A stretch of 32,000 nt of DNA from Propionibacterium freudenreichii subsp. freudenreichii. Its GTDB lineage: Bacteria > Actinomycetota > Actinomycetes > Propionibacteriales > Propionibacteriaceae. The position numbers were made by a program, and so were the translations under genes. Under the pieces are notes generated by a model. The model was not told the DNA's origin and searched no databases. It was given only the letters and a program-made list of their open reading frames with translations. Each line of letters opens with the position of its first letter. The first letter of the stretch is position 1. The DNA lies in NCBI RefSeq assembly GCF_000940845.1, contig NZ_CP010341.1:2490001-2522000 (forward strand), given 5' to 3'. This document shows, in pieces, positions 1-8,449 of this stretch.

Positions 1-476
1 TCGAGCACGCTCTTCTGGTATTCGAGCACCTCGAGCTGCGTACCGTCCCAGGGGTTCACCACCCACGCCGGGTACTTTCCGTCGGGGTCGGTGCCGGGGG
101 TGCCCGACATGCAGACGATCTCGCCGACGCCCAACTTGCCGGCCAGCTCAATGGCCCGACGCAGGTCGTAGGCGTGCTTGGGCCCCTGATCGGGCAGGGG
201 GCTGAGCACATTGCCCGAGGTGTTCAGCCCGGCCAGGCGCATGCCGTGCGCCTCGAACGTGGCCAGGTAGTCGTCGCGTGCCGTCTGCGACCCGATCAAC
301 AGGTCAACCGGGCAGTGCGGCGAGGGGATGAAGCCGCCGACGTTCACCTCGGCGCCGGTGAGCCCATCGGCGGCGAGGATCTCGAGGGCCTCCTCGAGCG
401 TGTAGTTGTGCAGGCAGGCGGTGTAGGCGCCCAGGTTGAGCGGGCTGGGCGCATTGGTCGTGGTTGAGCTGGTCAT
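1..476 (-). CDS. Sugar phosphate isomerase/epimerase (xylose-isomerase-like TIM barrel). N-terminal part only; the C-terminus lies outside the window.
   Basis: Not in the ORF track because it runs off the window edge. The reverse complement from the ATG at 476 reads MTSSTTTNAPSPLNLGAYTACLHNYTLEEALEILAADGLTGAEVNVGGF..., which is typical of AP-endonuclease-2/xylose-isomerase-like TIM barrels. It is co-directional with the oxidoreductase and LacI genes upstream. Confidence 0.7.
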   Translation of the reverse strand, partial: MTSSTTTNAPSPLNLGAYTACLHNYTLEEALEILAADGLTGAEVNVGGFIPSPHCPVDLLIGSQTARDDYLATFEAHGMRLAGLNTSGNVLSPLPDQGPKHAYDLRRAIELAGKLGVGEIVCMSGTPGTDPDGKYPAWVVNPWDGTQLEVLEYQKSVL

Positions 477-599
477 GGTGCTTTCTACTGATGAGTGCTG
501 GGTTGGGACGAGTGCTGGTTTGGGACCGGTACCGGATTGAGACCAGTGCCGAGTTGGGACCTGTACTGGGTTGAGACCGGCGCCGAACAGCGCCGTCGG

Positions 600-1787
600 C
601 TACTTGATCTCGACGCTGGCGCCGCCCCTGCCGGCCGATGTGGCCACGGCGTCCTGGATGCGCATCGCGCGGTAGCCGTGCGCGAAGCTGGGCACGGGCG
701 GAAGCCCCTCGTCCAGCCCGATCACCTGGTCAAGGAAGGCGCGCGCCTGGTAGGTGAACTGCTCGATCTGGGTATTGCCGACACCGGCGAAGTCCATCGA
801 CGAGCCGCCCTTGTAATAGGGGAAGCTCGGGTTGGTGAGCACCTGCTTGGGGCCGCGCAGGCCGGCGGGCGAGTTGGTGTCGTCGAGCTTGATCTCGCCC
901 GACCGGGCAAGGTCGAACGAGGCGTGCCCCTGGGTGCCGAAGACGTGAAAGCACAGCGCATTGGGCATGCCGAAGGCGACCCGCGACACCGAGATCGATC
1001 CGATGGCGCCCGAGGCGAAGTGCATGTTGAACTCGGCAATGTCGTCATTCTCGACGGTCTCGGTGGCCTCGGCGTCACCGGCCGCGCCGCGTCCGCCGGC
1101 CAGGCCCTCGACCGCGGGGGGACGCTTGGCGATCACGGTGGCGAAGCTGCCGCCGCTCACCGAGGCGATCGGCCCGGCCACGAACTCCGCCAGGTCGGTG
1201 ATGTGCGAGCCGACGTCGCCCAGCGCGCCGGAACCCATCGGACCGCGGTAGCGCCATGCGATCGGCACCTGCGGGTCGGCCCCGTAGTCGCACCAATAGC
1301 GTCCGTCGAAGTGCAGGATCTCGCCGAGCGCCCCGCTATTGGCCAGCTCCGCGATCTCGGCGATCGCCGGGTGGCGACGGTAACCGAAGCCGATGCCCGA
1401 GACCACGGACGCGTCGGCGGCCGCGGCAGCCATGGCGGCGGCGTCGTCGAGGTTGTCACTCAACGGCTTCTCGCACAGCACGTGCTTGCCGGCGGCCATC
1501 AGGGCCAGGGCGATCTCGCGGTGCAGCTTGTTGGCCACCACGATCGAGACGATGTCGATGTCGTCGGCCTCGACGATCTCATGCCAGTCGGAGGTGGCGC
1601 GCTCGTAGCCGTAGCTGTTGGCGGCATCGGTGGCGAAGGGTAGGTAGGCGTCGCAGATGGCCGCCAGTCGCACCTGCGGCACGCCGCGGGTGCCGAAGAC
1701 GGTGCGCACCTGGCGCCAGGCGTTGGCGTGCGTGCGCCCCGCCATACCGGCGCCGATCACGGCTACTGACAGTGTGTTCTCAGGCAT
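600..1787 (-). CDS. Gfo/Idh/MocA family NAD(P)-dependent oxidoreductase (inositol/sugar dehydrogenase-like)
   Basis: 395 aa ORF. N-terminal Rossmann motif VAVIGAGMAGRTHANAW and an EKPL motif (CEKPLSDN). AAGGGAGA Shine-Dalgarno sequence just upstream of the ATG at 1787. Confidence 0.85.
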   Translation of the reverse strand: MPENTLSVAVIGAGMAGRTHANAWRQVRTVFGTRGVPQVRLAAICDAYLPFATDAANSYGYERATSDWHEIVEADDIDIVSIVVANKLHREIALALMAAGKHVLCEKPLSDNLDDAAAMAAAAADASVVSGIGFGYRRHPAIAEIAELANSGALGEILHFDGRYWCDYGADPQVPIAWRYRGPMGSGALGDVGSHITDLAEFVAGPIASVSGGSFATVIAKRPPAVEGLAGGRGAAGDAEATETVENDDIAEFNMHFASGAIGSISVSRVAFGMPNALCFHVFGTQGHASFDLARSGEIKLDDTNSPAGLRGPKQVLTNPSFPYYKGGSSMDFAGVGNTQIEQFTYQARAFLDQVIGLDEGLPPVPSFAHGYRAMRIQDAVATSAGRGGASVEIK

Positions 1788-1842
1788 TCCTGTGTCTCCC
1801 TTGACTGGACCTGCGATGGTCCGGGGTCCGTGACCCGGACGA

Positions 1843-1858
1843 TTTAACGCGCGTTAAA
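1843..1858. promoter_or_regulatory. Perfect 16-bp palindrome TTTAACGCGCGTTAAA; candidate LacI-family operator
   Basis: Perfect dyad with a central CG, 56-71 nt upstream of the oxidoreductase ATG. It lies immediately downstream of the LacI-family gene. Confidence 0.5.
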
Positions 1859-1918
1859 CGCGATGTGTCCAGTGTCACAGCACGACATTTGTCCCGTCAA
1901 GGAGTTGTCCGGGATTGC

Positions 1919-2968
1919 TCAGGACGAGCTGCGCACCGACAACGCCGGCGCCACGATGAACTCGCGCCCACGCAGCGGCTCGTCATCGCCCTCGGCGGCG
2001 TCGGGATGGCGCCGCAGCGCACGGGCACCCATCCATTCGGCACGACCCTGCAGGGCCACCATCGCCAGCCGGGCGAGCTCCCCGGTGTTCTGCGACACCG
2101 AGGTGATGTCGAATTCCGGACGCCGGGCCATGTGCGTGTCATCGAAGCCGATCACCGCCAGGTCGTGCCCCGGACGCAATCCGCGGGCGCGCACGAAGGC
2201 GAGCACGTCGGCGGCGGTCAGGTCGTTGTGGGTGACCACGGCCACCCGCTGGTCGGCCTGCGCTGCCAGCACCCCGCCGAGCTGGGGGGCCAGCGCCTCG
2301 CCGCGCGGCACCTCGACGCGCTCCAGCGGCATCCCCGCCGCCGCGGCGGCACGGGCCAGGGCGCGATGGCGATGGGCCACCCACACCTCGCCCAGTCCAC
2401 TGACGAACGAGACGGCCACGATGCGGCGCCACCCATGGCTCCGCAGGTGCTCCACGATCAGGGCGGCCGCGGCGTCCTCGTCGACATGCACCGAATCGAA
2501 GCCGTCGCCGGCCAGGGCCGCGCCGATGAGCACCAGTGGAAGCTGCGAGCCGATGCGGGTGAACGCCTCGGGGCCCTCCACCGGTGAGACCATCACGATG
2601 CCAGCGGCGCGCAACTCGCGGAAGCGTTGCAGCACCGTGGTCTCGCGCGAGCGGTCGTCGGCCGAGGTCGCCACCAGCGGCAGCAGCCCCAACCCGTCGG
2701 CCTCATGCTGCAGGTTGTCCACGACGCTCTCGAAGAACGGATTGCGCAGGTCGGGCAGCACCACGCCCACCACGGGCGAGCGCTTCGACGCCAACGACGC
2801 GGCCCCCAGGTTGCGGGTGTAGCCGAGCTCGTGGGCCACCTGCACGATGCGCTCGCGGGTGTCGTCGGCCACCAGCGAGGAGCCCGACAGGGCCAGCGAG
2901 ACCAGGCCGCGCGAGACGCCGGCGGCCCGGGCGACATCGCGCTGGGTGGGATCAGCGGCCATCGTCAC
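1919..2968 (-). CDS. LacI family transcriptional regulator
   Basis: 349 aa. N-terminal HTH TQRDVARAAGVSRGLVSLALSG, followed by a periplasmic-binding-protein-like sugar-binding fold. Confidence 0.9.
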   Translation of the reverse strand: MTMAADPTQRDVARAAGVSRGLVSLALSGSSLVADDTRERIVQVAHELGYTRNLGAASLASKRSPVVGVVLPDLRNPFFESVVDNLQHEADGLGLLPLVATSADDRSRETTVLQRFRELRAAGIVMVSPVEGPEAFTRIGSQLPLVLIGAALAGDGFDSVHVDEDAAAALIVEHLRSHGWRRIVAVSFVSGLGEVWVAHRHRALARAAAAAGMPLERVEVPRGEALAPQLGGVLAAQADQRVAVVTHNDLTAADVLAFVRARGLRPGHDLAVIGFDDTHMARRPEFDITSVSQNTGELARLAMVALQGRAEWMGARALRRHPDAAEGDDEPLRGREFIVAPALSVRSSS

Positions 2969-2988
2969 AGCCCCCGCCCACGGTGTGG

Positions 2989-3807
2989 CTAGCCGCGCTC
3001 AACGGGCCGGGAGTCGTCGGAGATCCAGTCGCTCCACGAGCCGGGGTAGAGCTTCACGCCGTTGATGCCGGCGACGTGCATCGCCAGCAACGCCTGCGAG
3101 GCGGTGATGCCCGAGCCGCAGTAGACGGCGTCGCCGGGCTTGACCGCAGGGAACACCTTCTTCAGCTCATCGGGCGACTTGAAGGTGCCGTCCGATTCCT
3201 GGGCCTCGGTGGCGGGCAGGTTGCGTGCACCGGGGATGTGTCCCGCCTTCGGATCGATCGGCTCCTCGTCGCCGCGATAGCGCTCCGGTGAGCGCACGTC
3301 CCACAGCGTGCCGCCGTTGGCCAGCAGGTGCTTGGCATCCACGCGCTCGAGGTGGCCGGCGCGCAGCATGATGTCGCCCACCTTCGACGACCAGGTGGGC
3401 CCGGTCTCGACGGGATATCCGGCGGCCTTCCACGCGGCGAAGCCCCCGTTGAGCACCTGCACATCGGTGAGGCCGCCGTCGGTGAGCAGCCACCACAGGC
3501 GTCCGGCAGCCAGGGAGTTGCCACCATCGAGCACCACCACGGAGCTGTCCTCGTTGAGTCCCTTGCGGCGCATGTCGGCCTCGAAGGCACCCGGGTCGGG
3601 CAGCGGATGGCGTCCGCCCGGCACGTCGGGGTTCGACATCTCCTTGTTCATGCTCACCCACAGCGAGCCGGGGATGTGCCCGGTCTCGAAGTCCTTGTGG
3701 CCTTCATCCACCGTGGCGGCGGGGCCCGACCAACGGGCGTCCAGCACGACGGGGGGATTGTCTGAGGCGAGCTTCGCCCTGAGGGTGGCGGGGTCGATAA
3801 GTGTCAT
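2989..3807 (-). CDS. Rhodanese-domain sulfurtransferase (thiosulfate/3-mercaptopyruvate sulfurtransferase, SseA-like)
   Basis: Tandem rhodanese architecture with active-site loop CGSGITAS. I place the start at the ATG at 3807 (MTLIDPATL...) because GGAAGGGAG sits 6 nt upstream. The ORF-track start at 3840 has no such site. Confidence 0.85.
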   Translation of the reverse strand: MTLIDPATLRAKLASDNPPVVLDARWSGPAATVDEGHKDFETGHIPGSLWVSMNKEMSNPDVPGGRHPLPDPGAFEADMRRKGLNEDSSVVVLDGGNSLAAGRLWWLLTDGGLTDVQVLNGGFAAWKAAGYPVETGPTWSSKVGDIMLRAGHLERVDAKHLLANGGTLWDVRSPERYRGDEEPIDPKAGHIPGARNLPATEAQESDGTFKSPDELKKVFPAVKPGDAVYCGSGITASQALLAMHVAGINGVKLYPGSWSDWISDDSRPVERG

Positions 3808-4219
3808 GGACTGCTCCCTTCCTTGGTTCCAGCTTGTCATGCGCCACCCCCAACCGACGCCCGGGGATCACCCGCCGGCCTGCGCCGACCATGGGGCGAC
3901 CACCCTCGGCACTGCACATGGTTGCGTTGCCATACATCCTGGGTGCACGCCCTCCGAATGTTTGGTCCGGTGATCGCTACGCCAGATCGCACTGCTACCG
4001 TCGAAAACGACAACAAAATCGTGTCAGGTGGCGCCCCGCGGCCGCAGTTCCTTTCGCGGCCGCAGACATGCCGAACCATCTCGCCAGAATCGCCCATCCA
4101 CTCGGACGGGTGCTGGCTTGCAGATCAGAATCCGACAGCGAATCCCCCTCCGCAGCCCCCTCGGGCCGCACCGTTCCCCTGACCGCGATCACGCATCGCT
4201 TCAATCCCTGGAGGATATT

Positions 4220-5632
4220 TTGAACGATCCGACCCGTCATCCCACATACTCAATCGATCGCTCGCAGCTCGGCGCTGTGGAGATCAACCCGGTGTTCGCC
4301 CGCCCCGCGGAGGCCACCGAATTCTCGAAGTTCCGCCTGCCGGCGTCCGAGAGCCTGCCCGAGACCGCCTACCAGGTGGTGCACGACGAGGCCATGCTCG
4401 ACGGCAACGCCCGCCTCAACCTGGCCACCTTCGTGGGCACCTGGATGGACGGCTACGCCAACCGCCTCTATGCCGAGTCGGCTGACAAGAACATGATCGA
4501 CAAGGACGAATACCCCAAGACCGCCGAGATCGAGACCCGTTGCTGGACGATGCTCGCCGACCTGTGGCACGCGCCCGACCCCGACAACACCATCGGCACG
4601 TCGACCATCGGCTCGTCCGAGGCCTGCATGCTGGGTGGCCTGGCGCTGAAGCGCCGCTGGCAGCACGCCCGCAAGGCCGCCGGCAAGCCCACCGACCACC
4701 CGAACATGGTGATGTCGTCGGCCGTGCAGGTGTGCTGGGAGAAGTTCTGCAACTACTGGGACATCGAGCCCCGCTATGTGCCGATCTCGGAGGACCACAA
4801 GGTGCTCGACGGCACCAACCTGGCCGATTACGTCGACGAGAACACCATCGGCGTGGTGGCCATCATGGGCGTGACCTACACCGGCATGTATGAGCCGGTG
4901 AAGCAGATCGCCGCGGCGCTCGACGAGATCCAGGAACGCACCGGCCTTGACGTGAAGATCCACGTGGACGCGGCCTCGGGCGGCATGATCGCCCCGTTCA
5001 TCCAGCCCGACCTGGAATGGGACTTCCGCGTCGAGCGCGTGGCATCGATCAACACCTCGGGCCACAAGTACGGGCTGGTCTACCCCGGCCTGGGCTGGGT
5101 TGTCTGGCGCAGCGTCGACGACCTGCCCGAAGACCTCATCTTCAAGGTCAGCTACCTGGGCGGCGACATGCCCACCTTCGCGCTGAACTTCTCGCGTCCC
5201 GGCGCTCAGGTGCTGCTGCAGTACTACATGTTCCTGCGCCTGGGCATGGACGGCTTCCGCCGCGTGCAGACGAACTCGCATGACGTGGCCAAGTTCCTGT
5301 CGAGCCAGATCGGCGCCATGGACGACTTCGAGCTGTGGAACGACGGCTCCGATATCCCGGTGTTCGCCTGGCGGCTGAAGGATCGCCCGAACCGCAAGTG
5401 GGATCTTTACGACCTGTCGGAGCGCCTGCGCACGCGCGGCTGGTTGGTGCCCGCCTACCCGATGCCGGCCGACCTCACCGATGTCACCGTGCAACGCATC
5501 GTGGTGCGCAATGGGTTGAGCCATGACCTGGCCGACGCCTTCCTGGAGAGCATGCGCGCCGAGGTGGCCTACCTGGACGCCCTGCCGGCCCCGATGCCCT
5601 CGCAGCACAAGCAGTCGGGCTTCCACCACTGA
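4220..5632 (+). CDS. gadB: Glutamate decarboxylase (PLP-dependent)
   Basis: Strong family resemblance (LDGNARLNLATFVGTWMD, PLP-lysine motif NTSGHKYGLVYPGLGWVVWR). Start assigned to the TTG at 4220, preceded by GGAGGA at 4210-4215, giving 470 aa. The 64-codon upstream extension in the ORF track looks non-coding. Confidence 0.9.
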   Translation: MNDPTRHPTYSIDRSQLGAVEINPVFARPAEATEFSKFRLPASESLPETAYQVVHDEAMLDGNARLNLATFVGTWMDGYANRLYAESADKNMIDKDEYPKTAEIETRCWTMLADLWHAPDPDNTIGTSTIGSSEACMLGGLALKRRWQHARKAAGKPTDHPNMVMSSAVQVCWEKFCNYWDIEPRYVPISEDHKVLDGTNLADYVDENTIGVVAIMGVTYTGMYEPVKQIAAALDEIQERTGLDVKIHVDAASGGMIAPFIQPDLEWDFRVERVASINTSGHKYGLVYPGLGWVVWRSVDDLPEDLIFKVSYLGGDMPTFALNFSRPGAQVLLQYYMFLRLGMDGFRRVQTNSHDVAKFLSSQIGAMDDFELWNDGSDIPVFAWRLKDRPNRKWDLYDLSERLRTRGWLVPAYPMPADLTDVTVQRIVVRNGLSHDLADAFLESMRAEVAYLDALPAPMPSQHKQSGFHH

Positions 5633-5677
5633 GTGCCCCTTCGGCAAACCACACCCCACCCCTGAAGGAAGCACTCC

Positions 5678-7219
5678 GTGAGCAGCACTGACAGTCATGC
5701 GAACACGCCATCGCGGCGCGCCGCAGCACCCCGCCGGGCAGCAGCACCCCCGACAGCGCCATCCCGGACAACGGCATCCGAGGTGCCGGCGCATCCACCG
5801 CGCTTCATGAGCGCCACCCGGATGGCCATGCTGACGCTGGTGACCGTGGCGTCGTTGCGCTCGCTACCGGCGATGGCCGAATACGGGCTGGCGTCGGTGG
5901 CGCTGTTCATCATTCCGGCGGTGCTGTTCCTGGTGCCGACGGCGCTGGTCGCGGCCGAACTCGCGACCGGCTGGAAGGGCGGCATCTACACCTGGGTGCG
6001 TGAGGCCTTCGGCAACCGCTGGGGCTTCGTGGCCATCTGGCTGCAATGGATCCAGAACGTGGTGTGGTACCCGATGCAGCTGGCGTTCATCGCGGTCTGC
6101 CTCACCTATGTGTTCGGGGTGAACATCGGCAACAACGGCTTCTACGTGGCTGCCGTGATCATCGTGTTCTACTGGGCCTCGACGTTGCTTTCGCTGGCCG
6201 GCAAGGGGTTGTTCGCCAAGGTCGGTTCGTGGAGCGGCATCGTCGGCACGATCTTCCCCGCCGTGCTGCTCATCGTGCTGGGCGCGCTGTGGCTCACCAC
6301 GGGGGCGCCGGTGCAGACCGACATGCATGCCTCGGCGATGCTGCCGCCGTGGACCGGCATCGCGTCGATCGTGCTCATCGTGTCGAATGTGCTGGCCTAT
6401 GCCGGCATGGAGGTGAACGCGGTGCACGCCGAGACGATGCGCGATCCCGGACGCGAATTCCCCCGCGCCACCGCTCTTGCCACGGTGCTGATCCTGTTGG
6501 TGTTCATCCTTCCGACGATGGCCATCGCCATCGCGGTGCCGCACAGCAAGCTGGGACTGATGGACAGCGTCAACCTGGCCTTCCAGGAGTTCTTCACCCA
6601 CTGGCACATGGCATGGGCCACGCCCCTGATCTCGCTGCTCATCGCCGCGGGTGCGATCGCCTCGGTGATCGCCTGGATCTCCGGCCCGTCGAAGGGCCTA
6701 CTGGCCGCGGCCCGCACCGGACTCATGCCGGTGGCGCTCCAGAAGCGCAACAAGGAGGGCGTGCAGTCGCACATCCTGTTCGCCCAGGCGGGCATCGTCA
6801 CCGTATTGGCGCTGTTGTTCGTGGTGATCCCCAATGGGGACACCGCCTTCGCGACGCTGATCGGCATGGCGTCGGCGCTGTACCTGATCATGTACATGCT
6901 CATGTTCGCCGCTGCCATCCGGCTGCGTCACACCAAGCCTGAGGTGAAGCGCACCTACCGCACACCGGCGATGAATCTGGTGGCCGGTGTCGGTTTCGTC
7001 GCCTGTGCGGCGGCCTTCGTGCTGTCATTCATCCGACCGGCTGGGTTCACCGGCATCAGCGGCGTGGGATATCCGCTGCTGGTGGCTGTGGTCGTGGTGG
7101 TGCTCGGTGTGCCACCGCTGATCCTCTATGCGCTGCGTCGTCCCGGCTGGGATGTGCGCACCGACGAGGAGAAGGCCGATGACCAGGCGATCCTGGTGAA
7201 TCCGGCACCGAAGGACTAA
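5678..7219 (+). CDS. gadC: Glutamate:GABA antiporter (APC superfamily amino-acid permease)
   Basis: 513 aa polytopic permease directly after gadB. GTG start with GAAGGAAG 6 nt upstream. The motif GWKGGIYTWVREAFGNRWGFVAIWLQW is typical of the GadC/APC family. The N-terminal ~43 aa are low complexity, so the true start could be the ATG at 5807. Confidence 0.8.
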   Translation: MSSTDSHANTPSRRAAAPRRAAAPPTAPSRTTASEVPAHPPRFMSATRMAMLTLVTVASLRSLPAMAEYGLASVALFIIPAVLFLVPTALVAAELATGWKGGIYTWVREAFGNRWGFVAIWLQWIQNVVWYPMQLAFIAVCLTYVFGVNIGNNGFYVAAVIIVFYWASTLLSLAGKGLFAKVGSWSGIVGTIFPAVLLIVLGALWLTTGAPVQTDMHASAMLPPWTGIASIVLIVSNVLAYAGMEVNAVHAETMRDPGREFPRATALATVLILLVFILPTMAIAIAVPHSKLGLMDSVNLAFQEFFTHWHMAWATPLISLLIAAGAIASVIAWISGPSKGLLAAARTGLMPVALQKRNKEGVQSHILFAQAGIVTVLALLFVVIPNGDTAFATLIGMASALYLIMYMLMFAAAIRLRHTKPEVKRTYRTPAMNLVAGVGFVACAAAFVLSFIRPAGFTGISGVGYPLLVAVVVVVLGVPPLILYALRRPGWDVRTDEEKADDQAILVNPAPKD

Positions 7220-7267
7220 CCCCTGCGGCAGGTTCACGTCCGGTCAGCGAGGCCAGTGCGCAGCGAA

Positions 7268-8167
7268 TCAGCGTGCAGAGAAGTAGTCGGGTCCGGCGAG
7301 GTCGTCGAGCAACCCCGGGCCAGTGGGCGTCCAGCCGAGGAGCTGCTGGGTGAGTTCGCTGGACGCCGGACGGTCGCTCATGGCATACCCGGCGAATGCC
7401 TTGAAATACCACCGTGCACGCAGCGCGGACATGCCCACCGCGGGCACACCCAGGCCACGTCCGATCGCCTGTGCGATCTGCCGGAACTCAACGCCGGTCT
7501 CTCCGACGGCGTGATAGCGAAGGCTTGCTGCCGGATGCTCGACGGCGAGCCGGAAGAGCCTGGCCGCGTCTGCCACGTACACGGCGGGAAGGCGATTCGC
7601 TCCCTGCCCGGCGTAACCCGAAACGCGTTGCCGCCTGGCGAGTTCGATCAACCGAGACATCGTGAAGTGGTCACCCGCTCCATGCACGGCCGGCATCCGC
7701 ACGACGGAGGCGCTGATGCCGCGATCGGCCAGGTCCACGATCGTGCGCTCCACATTGCGTCCCGCCGGACCGGTATGGGCTGAAGCCTCATCGGTCTCAA
7801 CGAGTACCGGACCAGTCGCGACGACGGGAGCAAAACCTCCTGCGGCCACGAGGGGTCGACGCGAGCCGCTGAGGGCATCACCCATTGCCTGCAGCGCGGC
7901 CCGCTCAATCTTGCTGTTGCGAAGGAAGCTGGCCACGGACGAGTTATCAAACGCGGCGTGGATCACCGCATCAGCGTCTGATGCACCGGCACGGATCGCG
8001 TCTAGGTCTTCGAGCGACCCGGCCTGCGGGGTCGCTCCGGCAGCCGTCAAGCGGGCCGCCGATGCCTCGGACCGTGCCAGAGCCAGCACCTCGTGCCCGG
8101 CCGCAAGCAGCTCACGCACAACCGCCGAACCGACGAAACCGGTGCCCCCGGTGACGAATACCCGCAT
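7268..8167 (-). CDS. NAD-dependent epimerase/dehydratase family protein (atypical SDR)
   Basis: MRVFVTGGTGFVGSAVVRELLAAGHEVLALARS Rossmann start at the ATG at 8167. The longer track ORF (to 8284) adds an Arg-rich, non-coding-looking extension. Confidence 0.8.
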   Translation of the reverse strand: MRVFVTGGTGFVGSAVVRELLAAGHEVLALARSEASAARLTAAGATPQAGSLEDLDAIRAGASDADAVIHAAFDNSSVASFLRNSKIERAALQAMGDALSGSRRPLVAAGGFAPVVATGPVLVETDEASAHTGPAGRNVERTIVDLADRGISASVVRMPAVHGAGDHFTMSRLIELARRQRVSGYAGQGANRLPAVYVADAARLFRLAVEHPAASLRYHAVGETGVEFRQIAQAIGRGLGVPAVGMSALRARWYFKAFAGYAMSDRPASSELTQQLLGWTPTGPGLLDDLAGPDYFSAR

Positions 8168-8304
8168 CAGACGTCCGAGCCCAGGCCGTCCACCCACATC
8201 ACATCGCGCCAGATCATTCTGTCGCCCATCGTGCCTCCCGGGACCGCTCGTCGTGGATCTCCGACGATAGCGCCGGGCCCTCACCTCTTCGCGTGCTGAC
8301 GCTC

Positions 8305-8336
8305 ACACAGCGACACAGCGACACAGCGACACAGCG
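8305..8336. repeat. Perfect tandem repeat (ACACAGCG) x4
   Basis: Four contiguous identical 8-bp units, counted directly. They lie in the divergent intergenic region between the epimerase gene (start 8167, minus) and the MFS gene (start 8450, plus). Confidence 0.95.
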
Positions 8337-8449
8337 GGCAGGCCCATCGAGGCGGCCCGGCATTCTCGGGTTATGAGTTGCACACGACATCTCCAAATTC
8401 CTGACGCCGTTTGCCTCTTGACGCCACGGCGAGGGCTGGTTGATGCTTG

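Noticed and set aside
495-1643. Long ORFs antisense to, or out of frame with, confident genes. Examples: 495-1643 (+), 4250-5794 (-), 5864-6607 (-), 18570-19724 (-), 23385-24074 (-), 24572-25126 (-), 26586-27287 (-), 28253-28852 (-).
   Set aside because: These are typical high-GC shadow ORFs. Their compositions are rich in Arg, Gly, Pro, His and Ala, with no motifs and no ribosome-binding sites. Each overlaps a gene with clear family signatures on the other strand or in another frame.
4028-4219. N-terminal extensions of track ORFs: gadB from 4028, the epimerase to 8284, the SDR to 12450, rpsF to 29759, the rhodanese to 3840, the antitoxin to 18846, and the permeases from 22159 and 22959.
   Set aside because: The extensions are Arg/Pro-rich and are not conserved parts of the families. 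In each case an internal start with a good Shine-Dalgarno sequence gives the canonical protein length.
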